Source of the DNA: Folioceros fuciformis
Taxonomy: Eukaryota
NCBI GenBank assembly: GCA_049999805.1
Contig: JBNGIO010001806.1
Coordinates: 1-47,953 of the forward strand
DNA length: 47,953 nt
Direction: 5' to 3'
Shown: piece after piece, positions 46,110-47,953 of the stretch
Position numbering within the stretch: the stretch's first letter is position 1
Layout: every line of letters starts with the position of its first letter
The notes under the pieces: model-generated
Seen by the model: the letters and a program-made list of their open reading frames with translations, nothing else
Told to the model about the DNA's origin: nothing
Databases searched by the model: none
Made by a program: the position numbers and the translations under genes

Positions 46110-47953
46110 TTTTCTTATTGAAATTTGTAGAGGAGTGGTTAGGAGATTAGGTTAGATTAGAGGTTAGATTAACAGTGAGTCGATAGGGGCTTGGTGGGAT
46201 GTGTGGTAGGTAGGCCATGGGTCTAGGTCCCCTTGGCTAGGGTGTCTGGATGTGTGTGGAAGCCTAGGATTGTGCGTGGGAAGGGCGAGTCAGGGTTCCT
46301 GGGAAAAAAGACGGGGACGACGGGCCCTTGCTCTTGGTGCACCGACTAGGCAAGGATCACGAGAGCAAGGGTGGCTGGGTTAGCAGCCAGGCGGGTCGGC
46401 GGTAGGCTCCTGGCAGACACTAGTCAGGGCCGGAGGGCGTCTGGCCAGCAGGCTAGGAGACCAGCTGCCAAGCTCGACGAGGGGACTAGCAGGGCTGTGT
46501 AGTAGGCCGGGGATAAGATGGTTGGGGTCCCGGCTAAGCAGCAGCAGGGCGTGCCTGGTAGAGGTTGGAACGTCAAGAGGCTGCCGACGGGCAACACGTC
46601 TCAACCGCAGGCAGCCCAGCCTGGGGGCTGCTGGCGGGATCCAGGTGGGCTGAGTAGTAGGAGGTAGCCGAAGCCAAGACAGAGCCAGGGGCAAAAAGGG
46701 CAGTCAGGCGGCGGCTGAGGAGGGTCGACCTGGCTGCTTGGCCAGTCCACCCAGCCAGCAGTCCAGCCCGGGCTGGTGGCAAGCAGGAGGTCCGGAGCCA
46801 GATCTGAGCCGGGGTCCTGGCTGGGTTCAGCGGGCAGGAGGGTTGATCGGCTAGCTGAGCCAGTGGGAGCAAATCAAGCCCGAACCCAGGCCAGGAGTGG
46901 ATCCGGGCTGGGAAGACTGGTGGAGCGCATGGCGGCTGTCAGGGGTGGACCTGGTCGGGCTGGCTCAGCAGAGGCCGGCCGCTCAGCAGCAGCCGGGTCC
47001 AGGCTAGGTGGGGTGGCTACCTGCCAGATTGCCAGGGCAGGCCGTGGCCGGTGCCGTTAGGATCCAGGCCTAACAACAGCACAGGCGGGCGGGATTCGGA
47101 CCAGACGACCAGGTGGGTTGGATCCAAACAGTCGGGCTGTGAGCGTTGGGCAGCCCGGGCTCTGGCTCAGCGGAAGGAGGGGCTGGCAGATCTGAAGGCA
47201 GCCGTGCCTCGGCGGGCCTGGCAAGTGGGGTCTAGCTGGCCAGGGGGCTGGCTAGCATGGTGAGGATCCGCCAGGCAGAGGCGGCACTGGATCCACCTGG
47301 CCTGGCTGACCGATCTGAAGCAAGCCAGGCCTACTGCAAGTGAGAGGCGGCCTGGCTGGTTGATTTTTGGAGCCGGACAGCCAGGGGTAGCGATTTGGCA
47401 TCTTGGCGGACTCGTAGGCCGGCTGCAGGCAAGGCAGCAATTGGGCGAGTCAGGTGACGGGGGCCGGCTTGCAGCGGCTGGCAGGCAAACCTACCTGGCT
47501 AGATTTGGAGGCCAGAGGCAGTAGGTTGGATGAGGAATGGTCTGCGGGAGGCGCTGCACTAGGCGGACTACTAGCAGGAGCAGGTCGGATGTCCGAGGAG
47601 AATCCAGGCCGGGGAAAATCGGCTGGTGGAAGGCGGTGACTGAAGCGCCCAGCCAGCAGCCAACTTGGCCTGGCTGCAGGCAGGCATCGGTAGCTGGCGT
47701 ACTGGCTGGTAGCAGGTGACGGGGGTGGCTGCATGCAAGCAGGCGGGCCAGCAAGCTGACCGCCCGGAAGGATCTAGGGGGGGCTGGATCTGGCTGACAA
47801 GCAGGCGAACCTGCAGGCGGATCCCGTCGGGTCTGGCCGAATTGCCAGATAGCCAACCAGCCCGGCAGCAGCAGCCGAATTCCAGTCGGGTGAGTGGCGA
47901 CAGGGTCTAGAAAGGTAGAATGCAAACTGGGGCCAGCAGGCGGCCCAGCCGAC
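46110..47953. repeat. GC-rich, G-skewed low-complexity tract, probably a transposon non-coding region
   Basis: Recurrent ggcag, ggctgg, gccagg and ggatcc words; no credible protein in any frame; abrupt compositional change near 46110. Confidence 0.5.

Noticed and set aside
46380-47925. Pro/Ala/Arg-rich ORFs in the terminal tract
   Set aside because: Expected from high GC content and scarce stop codons; no domain signal.
1-47953. tRNA, rRNA or snRNA genes
   Set aside because: No cloverleaf, conserved rRNA or snRNA signature was recognised by eye; a tRNAscan/Infernal run would be needed to exclude them.

Overview
Gene-dense eukaryotic nuclear DNA with short GT-AG introns, from a seed-free land plant. 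A hornwort is the best guess (fern or lycophyte not excluded), inferred from a KPAxA/DRH-type DYW:KP PPR protein and long-L PPR motifs. From left to right: the 5' end of an LTR retrotransposon (LTR plus tRNA-iMet PBS), a decayed L1-type LINE, an intronless mitochondrial NFU, a tonoplast dicarboxylate transporter, dUTPase, HscB, a compact Treslin/Sld3-like gene head-to-head with a TFIIIC90 (GTF3C4)-like gene, a CBSX5-like gene, a decayed Mutator-like element with long TIRs, two tandem PLS-class PPR genes, an acidic protein with an uncharacterised conserved domain, and a G-rich repeat tract. Most notable: (1) both PPR editing-factor genes carry an N-terminal OSB-type PDF ssDNA-binding motif, one on a putative U-to-C DYW:KP enzyme and one on an E+ protein; (2) a tandem Agenet/Tudor module sits inside the TFIIIC90-like protein; (3) the MULE carries a convergent RPA70-like OB-fold ORF. 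All calls come from reading motifs by eye; no searches were run and exon boundaries are predictions.
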